Shown here: one piece after another, positions 17,315-26,333 of the stretch
Position numbering within the stretch: position 1 is the first letter of the stretch
Layout: the number at the start of each line of letters is the position of its first letter
Source: a virus
Taxonomy: Duplodnaviria; Heunggongvirae; Uroviricota; Caudoviricetes
Reading direction: 5' to 3' (one strand)
IMG/VR virus record: IMGVR_UViG_3300028327_000833
Span: 98,516-152,642 of that record
Length of the DNA: 54,127 bases
Translations under genes and position numbers: made by a program
The notes under the pieces: generated by a model
The model's database searches: none
Told to the model about the DNA's origin: nothing
What the model saw: the letters and a program-made list of their open reading frames with translations, nothing else

Positions 17315-17919
17315 TGCAGATCGTGCGGCTCAAAACTAACGACATCAAGCCGTATCACAAGAACGCCAAAGTTCATACCGGCGATCAGATACGGCACCTG
17401 ATGAACTCTATCAAAGAGTTCGGCTTCAGCGTCCCCATAGGCGTCGGCGGAAAAGACAACGTCATCGTCTGCGGACACGGACGGTGGCTCGCCGCCAAAA
17501 AACTCGGTATCGAAGAGATTCCCTGCGTTCGTCTCGACCATCTCTCCGAGGAACAGCAGAGGGCCTACCGCCTCGCGGACAACAGCGCTTCGATGATGAC
17601 GGGTTTCGATTTCGGCAGACTGGATTCCGAAATAAACTCCCTGCTGAATTTCGACAAGGAGCTGTTCGGCTTCGGGTTCTCGCCGAAGGATTCTGACGAC
17701 GGCTTCGGATACCCGACCGCCGAAACCAGCCCGAAGGCCGGGGGCAAGGGCGGCGCCGGCTCCGACGGCGAAGGCAGGAAGAAGAACAGCAAGCCCGCGC
17801 AGTACAAATGTCCTGGATGCGGACACGCGTTCAACCCCGGGTATGAGGCCGCCCTCGCGGAATCCGAACCGAGCGCGGGAGACAGCCTTGAAGAAGCGCT
17901 GAAAGAAGCCGACTTTTAA
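17311..17919 (+). CDS. ParB N-terminal-domain protein with zinc ribbon, paralogue of 15208-15666
   Basis: IKPYHKNAKVH...SIKEFGFSVP...VCGHGRWLAAKKLG...AYRLADN; KCPGCG. Confidence 0.85.
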   Translation: MMQIVRLKTNDIKPYHKNAKVHTGDQIRHLMNSIKEFGFSVPIGVGGKDNVIVCGHGRWLAAKKLGIEEIPCVRLDHLSEEQQRAYRLADNSASMMTGFDFGRLDSEINSLLNFDKELFGFGFSPKDSDDGFGYPTAETSPKAGGKGGAGSDGEGRKKNSKPAQYKCPGCGHAFNPGYEAALAESEPSAGDSLEEALKEADF

Positions 17920-17939
17920 TCCGAAAGGAGTCTGAAATT

Positions 17940-18191
17940 ATGAAAAAGCTGATGGACAGCAAACCCGACGTCAAGGCGTTTCTGGGGAACAGTTACGATA
18001 AACTGAAAATTATCGGAATCGACCCCGACAGCATTGCGACATTAAAAGACCTCACCGATCTGCTGATGATTCTGAAAGCCTTGGAAAGCGAAAAAACCGC
18101 CAAAGACTACATTGACGAGCAGTACGACAGAGAAGCTTCGCTGGAGCTTATGAATCAGGCCGTTTCGCCGTCTTCACGCGAACCCGGCTGA
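17940..18191 (+). CDS. Hypothetical protein
   Basis: SD AAGGAG; converges on and overlaps tape measure 3' end. Confidence 0.55.
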   Translation: MKKLMDSKPDVKAFLGNSYDKLKIIGIDPDSIATLKDLTDLLMILKALESEKTAKDYIDEQYDREASLELMNQAVSPSSREPG

Positions 18192-20603
18192 CGGCGCGGA
18201 GTTCATCCCGTTCAGGAACGCCCATAATTCGGCGGGGAAAGCGTTCCCGCCGCCTCCGCCCGAAGACTGCGGGGCGTTGTAGACGTTCGTAGTGCTCCCG
18301 CCGACGACAGTAGTCCCGCCGCCTTTGGATCCGCCGGAGCGCAAATCGTCGGCCGTCGCGAGCGCGGGCATCGGAGCGGGCGTCGGAACCGGCGGCGGGT
18401 CTCCTTGCGAGGACAGCGTCGTTTTGTCGTCTTGAGGAAGAATGTTGAAATGCCCCTTCACTTCCGTATTGCGGTAGCCGTGCAGACCTAACGGTTTCGC
18501 GAGGCGGTTTAAGTTTCGGTATGCCGGGTCGCCCCAAGCCTTGCCGTTAATTTGCAAATCAACCGCTCTTCCTGTTTCGTGCGTCGAATACCCGACCCAG
18601 TTGAGTATCTGATCTTGGCCGGTGCCTGTTTTGCTCGCCGGCCATTTCCAATAGCCCTTAGTTCCGGCGACGGGTTCCCCGTACTTGTAAGTATACTCCC
18701 GATACAGCCTATCGATGTCTTTCGGCGTCCGCAGCCCCGAATTCACGGTGAGATTTTCGCCGGACTGCCGCGCCAATTCTTCTATGCGGGTCTTAAGTCC
18801 AGGCTGCAGTCCGCCCTCGCGGTTATTCCAATTCAGTTGCCCGCCGCCTACGGCTTTGCCCTTAGCCCCGAACAAGTCTCCGAGGCCGCCCCACATTCCG
18901 CCGAACAGCTTCGACAGCCATCCCCCGCCCTCCCCTTGCGTCCCGTCGTTCGGATCCCATTCGTCCACAGTCTCGTACTTCCCGTTTTTCAGGTACGCCT
19001 TTTTTCCGTCGGGCGTGAACGTCCTGAACCCTCGCCAATTCGGGTCGGCTGCCGCTTCGTTGTCGTTTACGCCAATGCCGCTGTTGCCGATACCTGCGGA
19101 TACCGCCTTGTGTAACGCAACTTCCGACATCTGAGCGCGGCGTTCGAGTCTATGAGCATTCGCTGCGGCTTCTTCCCTCTGCATCTTCGCTTTAGACATC
19201 CACATACCGCCGCTAGTCCACCCTTGTTTTCTGGGATCCGTCGGATTCGGGCCCATTGCGACGTCTGTGCTTAAAGCCGCAACGTTTAGCGGGATTCTTT
19301 CGCGGGAAGCCCCCGCGCGATCCACGGCTACGGAGTCGCGGATTCCCTGCGGGACTTTCAGGGAGAATAGGTCGGGCGGCACGTCGCCTTCGTTCGTCAT
19401 GGTTTTAGCCGCGCCTTTAAAACCTCCTACGGCGTTGCCGACCACGCCCTTTACTCCGCCCTTTACGGCACCGCCGATAAGTCCACCTCCCAGATCCGCT
19501 AACACGCCGAGCGAACTAAGCATTTTGTTGACAACGCCTTTGCTGCGTTGCATTCTATCGTCCCCCTTAACGGAGCCGTCCCAAAGTCCGTCAGCCGCGC
19601 CTTTGAACGCGCCCCCTACGGCGGCGAAAGGCATTTTCACGGCAGTTTTAATGCAGCCCCACAGCAGACTCGGGAGTTTTTCTATAGAATTATCGAACAT
19701 TTTCGCCAACCCGGGGCCTACAGACTTGCTCCAAAGATCTGAAGCCCCTTGTTTTACCGTCGGCCATATCTTCTTAGTCCAAAAATCCGTAGCCCATTGT
19801 TTTACCGGCGGCCATATCTTCTTGGCCCACAGATCGGACAGTTTCGGAATCAGCTGATCCCAACTTTTCGGCAGCCAATCCCACACGTTCTTAGCAAAGG
19901 TTTTAACGGTGCTGTACAAATTCGCGATAGGCTTCCCTAAACGGTTATCAATCTTCTTCCCGATTTCCATGAGAGGCTTACCCAACGTCGCGCCGAGAAC
20001 GGCGCCCATCGGCCCGAACAGCGCGCCGCCTATGCCGCCGCCGATCATGCCTCCCGCGCCCTGTCCGAGGAGCGCGCCGAGACCTACGCCGAGTCCGGCC
20101 CCGAGCAGCCCCCCGCCCGCGACGCCTTTCTGACCGCTCCCGCCTCCCGCGTTGCTTGGCGCGCTTGATGCCGCCGCGGCTACCGGAGGCGCGGCGGACG
20201 CTCCGCGGTTCTGACGTTCGGCGACCGCAGCCATCTGCTGATCGAACATGGCTTGCTGGTGCTGAAGTTGCCGCATTTTCTGCGCTTCCTGCCCCATCTG
20301 CGTTTGCATCTTTTGGTATTGCCGCGTACTTGACAGCATCGCTTGCAAAGTTCTGTTTATGGCGTTCACGGCGGTCACGATGGATGCGGTGTTCGCGGAA
20401 ATTCTCGCGGAATGCTTGGCGCCGGTCTGAAGAAGCGGAGTCCATCCCTCGGTGTTTTTGGCGAGGCTGCCCACCATCTCCGACGCGTTCTTGGTCAGGA
20501 TGTTGGTCGCTTTCCGATCTTTGTGCCGAGAGCCGTCTTGGTTTTGGGTGGCGGCGTTAAAATCGCCGCTGCCCGCGACCAAGGTCGCCGTAGGATTCGC
20601 CAT
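18174..20603 (-). CDS. Tape measure protein with C-terminal peptidase M15 (peptidoglycan hydrolase) domain
   Basis: Glycine zipper GLLGAGLGVGLGALLG, Trp-periodic repeats, C-terminal VNSGLRT...STHETGRAVD...EVKGH. Confidence 0.8.
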   Translation of the reverse strand: MANPTATLVAGSGDFNAATQNQDGSRHKDRKATNILTKNASEMVGSLAKNTEGWTPLLQTGAKHSARISANTASIVTAVNAINRTLQAMLSSTRQYQKMQTQMGQEAQKMRQLQHQQAMFDQQMAAVAERQNRGASAAPPVAAAASSAPSNAGGGSGQKGVAGGGLLGAGLGVGLGALLGQGAGGMIGGGIGGALFGPMGAVLGATLGKPLMEIGKKIDNRLGKPIANLYSTVKTFAKNVWDWLPKSWDQLIPKLSDLWAKKIWPPVKQWATDFWTKKIWPTVKQGASDLWSKSVGPGLAKMFDNSIEKLPSLLWGCIKTAVKMPFAAVGGAFKGAADGLWDGSVKGDDRMQRSKGVVNKMLSSLGVLADLGGGLIGGAVKGGVKGVVGNAVGGFKGAAKTMTNEGDVPPDLFSLKVPQGIRDSVAVDRAGASRERIPLNVAALSTDVAMGPNPTDPRKQGWTSGGMWMSKAKMQREEAAANAHRLERRAQMSEVALHKAVSAGIGNSGIGVNDNEAAADPNWRGFRTFTPDGKKAYLKNGKYETVDEWDPNDGTQGEGGGWLSKLFGGMWGGLGDLFGAKGKAVGGGQLNWNNREGGLQPGLKTRIEELARQSGENLTVNSGLRTPKDIDRLYREYTYKYGEPVAGTKGYWKWPASKTGTGQDQILNWVGYSTHETGRAVDLQINGKAWGDPAYRNLNRLAKPLGLHGYRNTEVKGHFNILPQDDKTTLSSQGDPPPVPTPAPMPALATADDLRSGGSKGGGTTVVGGSTTNVYNAPQSSGGGGGNAFPAELWAFLNGMNSAPSAGFA

Positions 20604-20628
20604 TTACATCACCGCCTCGCGTTTAGAT

Positions 20629-20763
20629 TCACGCCGTTATGGAACTCTGAGCTTCGTCAAGCCGCTGTCGGGTTTCGATAAACCAGACTAATTCGTTATA
20701 CGGACGGTTATTCAGATCCATGCCCAGCCCCAAATGTAATTCTAGCATCAAAAGATCCTCCAT
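20629..20763 (-). CDS. Overlapping tail chaperone extension (gpT/gp51-like, 44 aa)
   Basis: Not in track; MEDLLMLELHLGLGMDLNNRPYNELVWFIETRQRLDEAQSSITA in the +1 frame of the upstream gene, ending just before tape measure. Confidence 0.65.
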   Translation of the reverse strand: MEDLLMLELHLGLGMDLNNRPYNELVWFIETRQRLDEAQSSITA

Positions 20764-21598
20764 CTTCACGAAAGGGCTTGATCATGGATACCCCGGATCC
20801 GACCCAGTACTTACCTTCAAATCCGCATTTAGGGCACTTAGCGGTTAAGGGTGCGCTGCCGTGATAGAACAAGCTTTGCAACTTGTTCACCAACGCTATA
20901 TCGTCGATGTCGGTAAGATTTTCGAGAATCTGAAGAGCCGCGCTCGGAAGCATCGCGATCCGCGCCTGGCAAGCCAACGTAATCAGCTCTTCGGAAGAGT
21001 TGGGAAACCGTTTCTGCAGCTCCTTCGCGGTATATATGTCTTTGACGCGCGGAATGTCGAATTTAAATTCAGTCCCGCCCAGTGTTACGACGACGGGCAG
21101 CTCCGGGATATTCAAATCGTCGAAAGTGAACATGCCGTCCCTTGACGTCTTATGGTTAAACACTTCCCCGCATGATCCGCAGGTAACGTCCATAGTCCAC
21201 TCCATGATTTTGGACGTCATAACGTTCACGAATGACCCGATAAACCAAAAATCGAATACGGAGAGTTCCATAATATTTATATTGCGGATTTTGTTTTTAA
21301 ACGCGTCTATGACCTGCAATTCGGTAAGGCCTGACGCCAGGTACTTCAGCTCGCCCAACGTAAACGCGCAAATCTCGATGTAATCGACGCCGCCGTACCC
21401 TTTGAAGCCGGACGGCAGTTCCGTAATCGTGTGGACTTCCCTGTCGCGCGGACGATCCTGCCGCATCGGCGGCGGCGATGCGGACGGCGCGGACGGCGGG
21501 AGTTGCGCGGAGCTTTGCGCGGCGGGATTGACGGACGCGGCGTCGGGAGCCGCGGACGGCGTTTTGACGGGGCGGACTGTCGGTTGTCCTATTGCCAT
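20708..21598 (-). CDS. Tail assembly chaperone / baseplate hub assembly protein (gp26-like)
   Basis: ATG 21598 with SD GAGGAGG; FTLGELKYL, TCGSCG, KCPKCG; position upstream of tape measure. Confidence 0.75.
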   Translation of the reverse strand: MAIGQPTVRPVKTPSAAPDAASVNPAAQSSAQLPPSAPSASPPPMRQDRPRDREVHTITELPSGFKGYGGVDYIEICAFTLGELKYLASGLTELQVIDAFKNKIRNINIMELSVFDFWFIGSFVNVMTSKIMEWTMDVTCGSCGEVFNHKTSRDGMFTFDDLNIPELPVVVTLGGTEFKFDIPRVKDIYTAKELQKRFPNSSEELITLACQARIAMLPSAALQILENLTDIDDIALVNKLQSLFYHGSAPLTAKCPKCGFEGKYWVGSGVSMIKPFREDGGSFDARITFGAGHGSE

Positions 21599-21633
21599 TT
21601 TGAAATCCTCCTCGAAATATGAAAAAGTTTGAA

Positions 21634-22530
21634 TTAACGTCCTATCATCCACGGATAATTCGTATTAGGCGCCGAAACCGTCGCAGCCGCGCCTTCCTCG
21701 CCCGCGAGAGCCTCCATAAGCGTCTCCTTGTCTAAATCCGGATTCGACTTAAGCGCCTGCCGCATCATACCGCGTCTGCGGTCTTCGGCGGTCTGCCTTC
21801 TGTCGGATTCGTCCGCCCCGACGGTCAGCGGATGCCCCCGCTCGAAACCCGCCACGTTGCATATCAGAGAAGCCGTTCTGAAACCCGTCGAGTCGGACGT
21901 CCCTGAATATTTAGGCTCGGCCTGCAGATAGGCGTCGAACGTGTACCACTCCAAAACCGATTCGTTGTACCTGATCTTGTTTCTGTCCAAAGCGTCCGCG
22001 ACGGAACTTCCCGTAGACCCCATGCCGCCTATCGCGCCTTGCCCCGGAACGTCGTACAGCAACCCTAAAAACGCGCGTTTGACTTTGAACGGCGATATTC
22101 TCTGAACGCGGATTCTCTGCACCGGGTTCACGACTTGGTACTTGCATATAGCTTCAGCGTTTAAGTTTATCGGCATCGTGCCGTCGGCCATATACCCGGA
22201 CATGCACCAAATCTGAAGAGCCTGCTCTATCACCATGTGCGCGTCCAAATACAAAGTAAACTGCAGAGACGGAAAGCTCAGGCTCGAGTTGTAGTATCCT
22301 ATCTGCTGATCCTGTTTGTAAGTAACCATTCCCGGAGTGAACTCGCAGCTCTGCGCGAACAGATAGCCGTCGTATAAAATCGTCCCTAACTTTTCGGCGA
22401 TCCGAGCGGCGGCGGGATTGTCGATTCCCATGGCTTTTATCTCAAAATCCAGCGTCTCAAACCGTATGCGCCAGTCCACAGTCCTCTCGAACTGAAACTT
22501 ATTCAGCTTGTCTTGCAGACCCACGCCCAT
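21634..22530 (-). CDS. Tube-fold baseplate/tail-tube initiator protein (gp48/gp54-like)
   Basis: DWRIRF...AQSCEFTPG...SLQFTLYLD...ALQIW pattern and position; weak motif-level support. Confidence 0.45.
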   Translation of the reverse strand: MGVGLQDKLNKFQFERTVDWRIRFETLDFEIKAMGIDNPAAARIAEKLGTILYDGYLFAQSCEFTPGMVTYKQDQQIGYYNSSLSFPSLQFTLYLDAHMVIEQALQIWCMSGYMADGTMPINLNAEAICKYQVVNPVQRIRVQRISPFKVKRAFLGLLYDVPGQGAIGGMGSTGSSVADALDRNKIRYNESVLEWYTFDAYLQAEPKYSGTSDSTGFRTASLICNVAGFERGHPLTVGADESDRRQTAEDRRRGMMRQALKSNPDLDKETLMEALAGEEGAAATVSAPNTNYPWMIGR

Positions 22531-22736
22531 GACGCACCCGTCCTCTCGGAGATTATTCTATAGAATATAATCAAAACGGCGGAAAAAAACCAACCGCCGC
22601 ACGGCGTTTCGAGGCTCGGCAAGGAGCTTACGCGGTTGAAACCGCGATCCGCGCCATTAAAGGGCGTAAGCCGGCGTCCGGGGTGACTCCGTTATATTCG
22701 ACCCGCAACCGTTTCACTTTTCATGGAGGACTCGAC

Positions 22737-23708
22737 ATGGCCCGTAAAAAACCGAAACGCAGGGTCGAGGTGCTCTCGACCTACGACCTGATGCGCCTGT
22801 TTCCGGACGAAGAGTCGGCGGCGACGTACCTGACGCGCATCTTATGGCCTGACGGCCCCGTCTGCCCGTTCTGCGGGAGCTACCGCCATACCGGGTACAA
22901 AACCGTCAAAAAGCGAGGCATGTTCTTCTGCGGGGACTGCCGCAAGGATTACAGCCTCCGCACGAACACGATCTTTCACAGGTCGCACATCCCGCTGAAC
23001 AAGTGGCTGTACGCGATGTATCTGATCGTTACGGCGAGGAAAGGGATCTCTTCGCTTCAGCTTTCCAAGGAGATCGGCGTGACGCAGAAGTCGGCGTGGT
23101 ACATGGGGCACCGAATCAGGGCGGCGTGCGGAAATCAGGCGCGGCGTCCGCTGTCGGGGACGGTTCAGGCGGACGAGACGTATTTGGGCGGCAAAGAGGG
23201 CAACAAGCACGCCAACCGAAAAATGTACGCGGGACGCGGGGCGGTCGGAAAGGTTCCGGTCTTCGGGGCGGTGGACTCCGCCGGGCGCGTCGTCCTGCGG
23301 CAAGTCCCCAAGACCGACGGCGAGACGCTGCGGGAGACGCTTTTGGAATGTCTCAAAGCGAACGCCGTGCTGGTTACGGACGAGTCGAGGGCTTACGACG
23401 TCATGGACGAACATTTCGAGCACTTGACCGTTAATCACTCCGCGAAGCGATACGTGGACGGGAAAGCGACCACGAACTCGATCGAAAGCGTGTTCGCGAC
23501 GCTGAAAAGAGGTTTTTACGGGACGTTCCACTCCTTCACGACGCGCTATACGCAGCTGTATCTCGACGAGTTCGCGTTCCGTCTGAATCAAGGGAACGTG
23601 CGCCGCGACACCGTAGACAGACTCAGATCGCTGATTCTGGGCGGCCAAAACAAGCGTGTGACGTATGCGGAGATCTCGCAAAGACGCGCGCCGGGACTTG
23701 AAAAATAA
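22737..23708 (+). mobile_element. IS1595-family DDE transposase
   Basis: Zn ribbon CPFCG/CGDC, VQADETYLGG, LVTDESRAY, HLTVNHS, NSIESVFATLKRG, YLDEFAFRLN; terminal inverted repeats and TSD not found. Confidence 0.9.
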
Positions 23709-23808
23709 CCCCGCGCATCCGGGGTGACTGTATTATATTGATTTTGAAGGCCGCGGGCGGTAGGAGACCGCCCGTAAACGCAGGTTCACATACACATGGA
23801 GGTTTAGC

Positions 23809-24066
23809 ATGAAAGACAGCAGTAAGACAGACGACATCGACGAGGTGTTGGACGAGGCTTTGGACAACGATTTCCGCTCGGTTTTCGAGCCGGACATGAA
23901 AGACTTGTGCAGGGCGGTGTTTTTATTCGTGGAGATGCGGTTTAAGCTGAAACATCATAACTTGATGACAAAGGACGAGGACTGCGACCTGAATACGGCT
24001 TTCGGAGTGATCGCGGAGCACTTGGAAGCCGCATATCCGGGGTTCAGGAAGGCGCTGATGGGCTAG
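23809..24066 (+). CDS. Hypothetical moron protein
   Basis: SD GGAGG; preceded by CCGGGGTGAC-N5-TATATT; followed by CCGGAGGC/GCCTCCGG hairpin. Confidence 0.65.
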   Translation: MKDSSKTDDIDEVLDEALDNDFRSVFEPDMKDLCRAVFLFVEMRFKLKHHNLMTKDEDCDLNTAFGVIAEHLEAAYPGFRKALMG

Positions 24067-24355
24067 GACGGCGGGAACGGCCGGAGGCTTCGCGGCGGCG
24101 GGGCCTCCGGAATATTTGACTTTATCGGAGGCGGACGGCTATTTTAACTTAAACGCGGATTCGGCTAAGGCGCCGAATCCTATAAAAGAGAGGCCGCCGT
24201 TCGACGGCCTCCCCGCGCTGTAACGGTACTCAACGTCGCGCGGTTTGCGCGATATAGACAAGATAATATTTCGCGGGGCGGAAGCGCAGGTTTTTTTTAT
24301 TTTTTTTTGATTTAGGCTTGACAAATCGCTTACACCGTTGAACTCGCCCTAATCC

Positions 24356-24916
24356 TCATGCATGAAACAGCTCCTCTGGAACCCGTTCCCACTCTGACGG
24401 AGGCGAATTAATAGACTCTGTAATGGATTCCATCATTCCTGGAATCGAGTTCAAGTAGTCCGTGTCATTATCATAGTCAATGAGCTGAGTTTTGAAGTAA
24501 GTTTTCATCTCGTCGCAAGCGATCTCGGAAGGATTTCTTGCGCAAGCCTTTACCCGAGGAACATCCTCATGTGTGAGATCTCGGAGTTCCCGTGCAGAAA
24601 ACTGTCCGTAATTCATGTGCACCAAATCTAAAACTTCGTTAGTTCCGTCATTAAAAACGCCATGCGCGTCTGTATCGCAAGGTATCGGAATTGCGTCGGA
24701 ACCGCACGACTTATATTTGTGATAGAGCGGAACGCACACAGGGCCGTGCTCCCAAGCCTCTATAGGCTCGTTGAATAATGGCGAGTTCTCCATTGCCAGA
24801 TGAAAACCTTGTGCATAATAGACGAGTTTCTGCAGTTTTAAATTAGACATCAGATCCCCAGCGTCAGGATCCTGCCGCTTGAGGAAGTAATTGGCGACAT
24901 CAAAGCATGTCTTCAT
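24356..24916 (-). CDS. socA: Panacea/SocA-family antitoxin (DUF4065)
   Basis: MSNLKLQKLVYYAQG, LFNEPIEAWEHGPVC, SARELRDLTH. Confidence 0.9.
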   Translation of the reverse strand: MKTCFDVANYFLKRQDPDAGDLMSNLKLQKLVYYAQGFHLAMENSPLFNEPIEAWEHGPVCVPLYHKYKSCGSDAIPIPCDTDAHGVFNDGTNEVLDLVHMNYGQFSARELRDLTHEDVPRVKACARNPSEIACDEMKTYFKTQLIDYDNDTDYLNSIPGMMESITESINSPPSEWERVPEELFHA

Positions 24917-24939
24917 TTTCAGCCTCCTTCCCTTTTAAT

Positions 24940-24969
24940 AATATACTATATTTACGCTATTTAGGTCAA
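24940..24969 (-). promoter_or_regulatory. Sigma70-like promoter of the antitoxin gene
   Basis: TTGACC-N18-TATATT then SD GGAGG. Confidence 0.55.
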
Positions 24970-25062
24970 GACATTTTTTGACTTTTTTTAAACCGTCCGT
25001 CTGGAGCCTCCAGAACTCCCCCGAAATCCGCCAGGATCCCCGCCCGAAGCCGTCCAAACTCG

Positions 25063-25272
25063 TCAAAAACCGCGTTTAGATGTCAATTTGGGCGTTTTGA
25101 CCGTCTTTTGGGGGCGTCCGGGGCCGGGCCGTCGGGCGCATTCGAGAGTGACGGCATCCGTAACGGCGCCGTCTTTCGACATGTTCCGCGCCTGACCTGC
25201 GTCGTCCTCGTCGGTCTCGGCATTCTCATACAGCTTCAGAATCCGTTGTACAAGCGCGTCCAACTCGCCCAT
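25063..25272 (-). CDS. Short protein with shared M[DG]ELDAxVxRILKLYE leader
   Basis: SD GAGGGG; leader shared with 41833-42393 and 43341-43691; C-terminus runs into a dispersed repeat. Confidence 0.6.
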   Translation of the reverse strand: MGELDALVQRILKLYENAETDEDDAGQARNMSKDGAVTDAVTLECARRPGPGRPQKTVKTPKLTSKRGF

Positions 25273-25287
25273 AACACAGCCCCTCCC

Positions 25288-26121
25288 TTAATTTTGGTTT
25301 TGAGACATCCTCTGAAGTATTTTCTGCGCGTACAGCAGTTGCCCGTTAAGCTCGGCCTTGTACAGCGTCAGACGTTCGACCTCTTTCTGTTTGTCCGCTA
25401 TAAGGCCGTCTATGCCGGACATTTCGTTCTGAATGCGCCCGAAATCATTCGTGACCGAAGCCGCGCTCACGTCGCCGCTCATGGGGTTGAACTCGACCAA
25501 ATGCTTCACCTTGCAGTCGCAGTCCACGAAAACCTCAAACCCGGCATCGGCGGCCTTTGTGAAGAACGTTATGTCGTCGGACGTGTAACATGCCTGTTTC
25601 ACGCCCTGATCGTCGGTAAACTTCACAACGCTCTCCTGATACCACGGGTAGTCCACCGCCTCGAAGACCTCCCGCTTTATTAGGACGAACCCGCTTCCCG
25701 CCCAATCGACTTTTTTGATCCCGGTCTCAGTCCAGTCCAAATACGTGCCGTGCTCGCAGATCCCGTATTTGTTCAGAGTCCCCGCCACCATTTTATTGGC
25801 GTCGCAACGGTACTGATACGCCCCGCTTATAATGTCTTTGCCCGCCGACAGCAGTTTGAGGGCGTCCTCCGCCTTGAACCCGATGTCCCCGTCGAGCGAA
25901 AGGTAGTAGTCCCAGTCCCACCCGCCCTGCCTGACGGCGGAACTCGCCCCCATATTGACCCCGGCGTTCCGTCCGAGCCCGATGCTCGTGGTTTGGACGC
26001 GTTGAACGCTGATTTCAAGCGAATCGACCTTCAACAACTCGTCGATCCCTTTGAGCGTTTCGTCTGAAATCCTGCCGTGATTGGGGTACGGAACGCAGAC
26101 TCTGAGCCGTGTTTTGGCCAT
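25288..26121 (-). CDS. GT-A fold glycosyltransferase (GT2-like) with C-terminal coiled coil
   Basis: GRNAGV, YYLSLDGDI (DxD), VDWAGSGFVLIKREVF, SDDITFF, VFVDCDCKVKH; late-type promoter at 26174-26205. Confidence 0.85.
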   Translation of the reverse strand: MAKTRLRVCVPYPNHGRISDETLKGIDELLKVDSLEISVQRVQTTSIGLGRNAGVNMGASSAVRQGGWDWDYYLSLDGDIGFKAEDALKLLSAGKDIISGAYQYRCDANKMVAGTLNKYGICEHGTYLDWTETGIKKVDWAGSGFVLIKREVFEAVDYPWYQESVVKFTDDQGVKQACYTSDDITFFTKAADAGFEVFVDCDCKVKHLVEFNPMSGDVSAASVTNDFGRIQNEMSGIDGLIADKQKEVERLTLYKAELNGQLLYAQKILQRMSQNQN

Positions 26122-26333
26122 CGGCAACCTCCAAATAAAGGAAAGGGTGTATAAATTTGATCGAAAGACCCTTTAAAGATAAGGAAAACCGCAAGAAATA
26201 GCAAATCGTGGACTTACGCAATTTAAAAAAAATATTTGACTTTCGGGTCGGCGGGTAAGTATTTTGGTGGATAAGGACGGTTTCTGGGCTTTTTCGCCCG
26301 ATTAAACTCTTAACGGCGGTGAGCGGGGGATTT

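Noticed and set aside
15208-17919. ParABS partition system / plasmid-prophage
   Set aside because: No ParA, no HTH in the ParB-like proteins, no parS-like palindrome array seen
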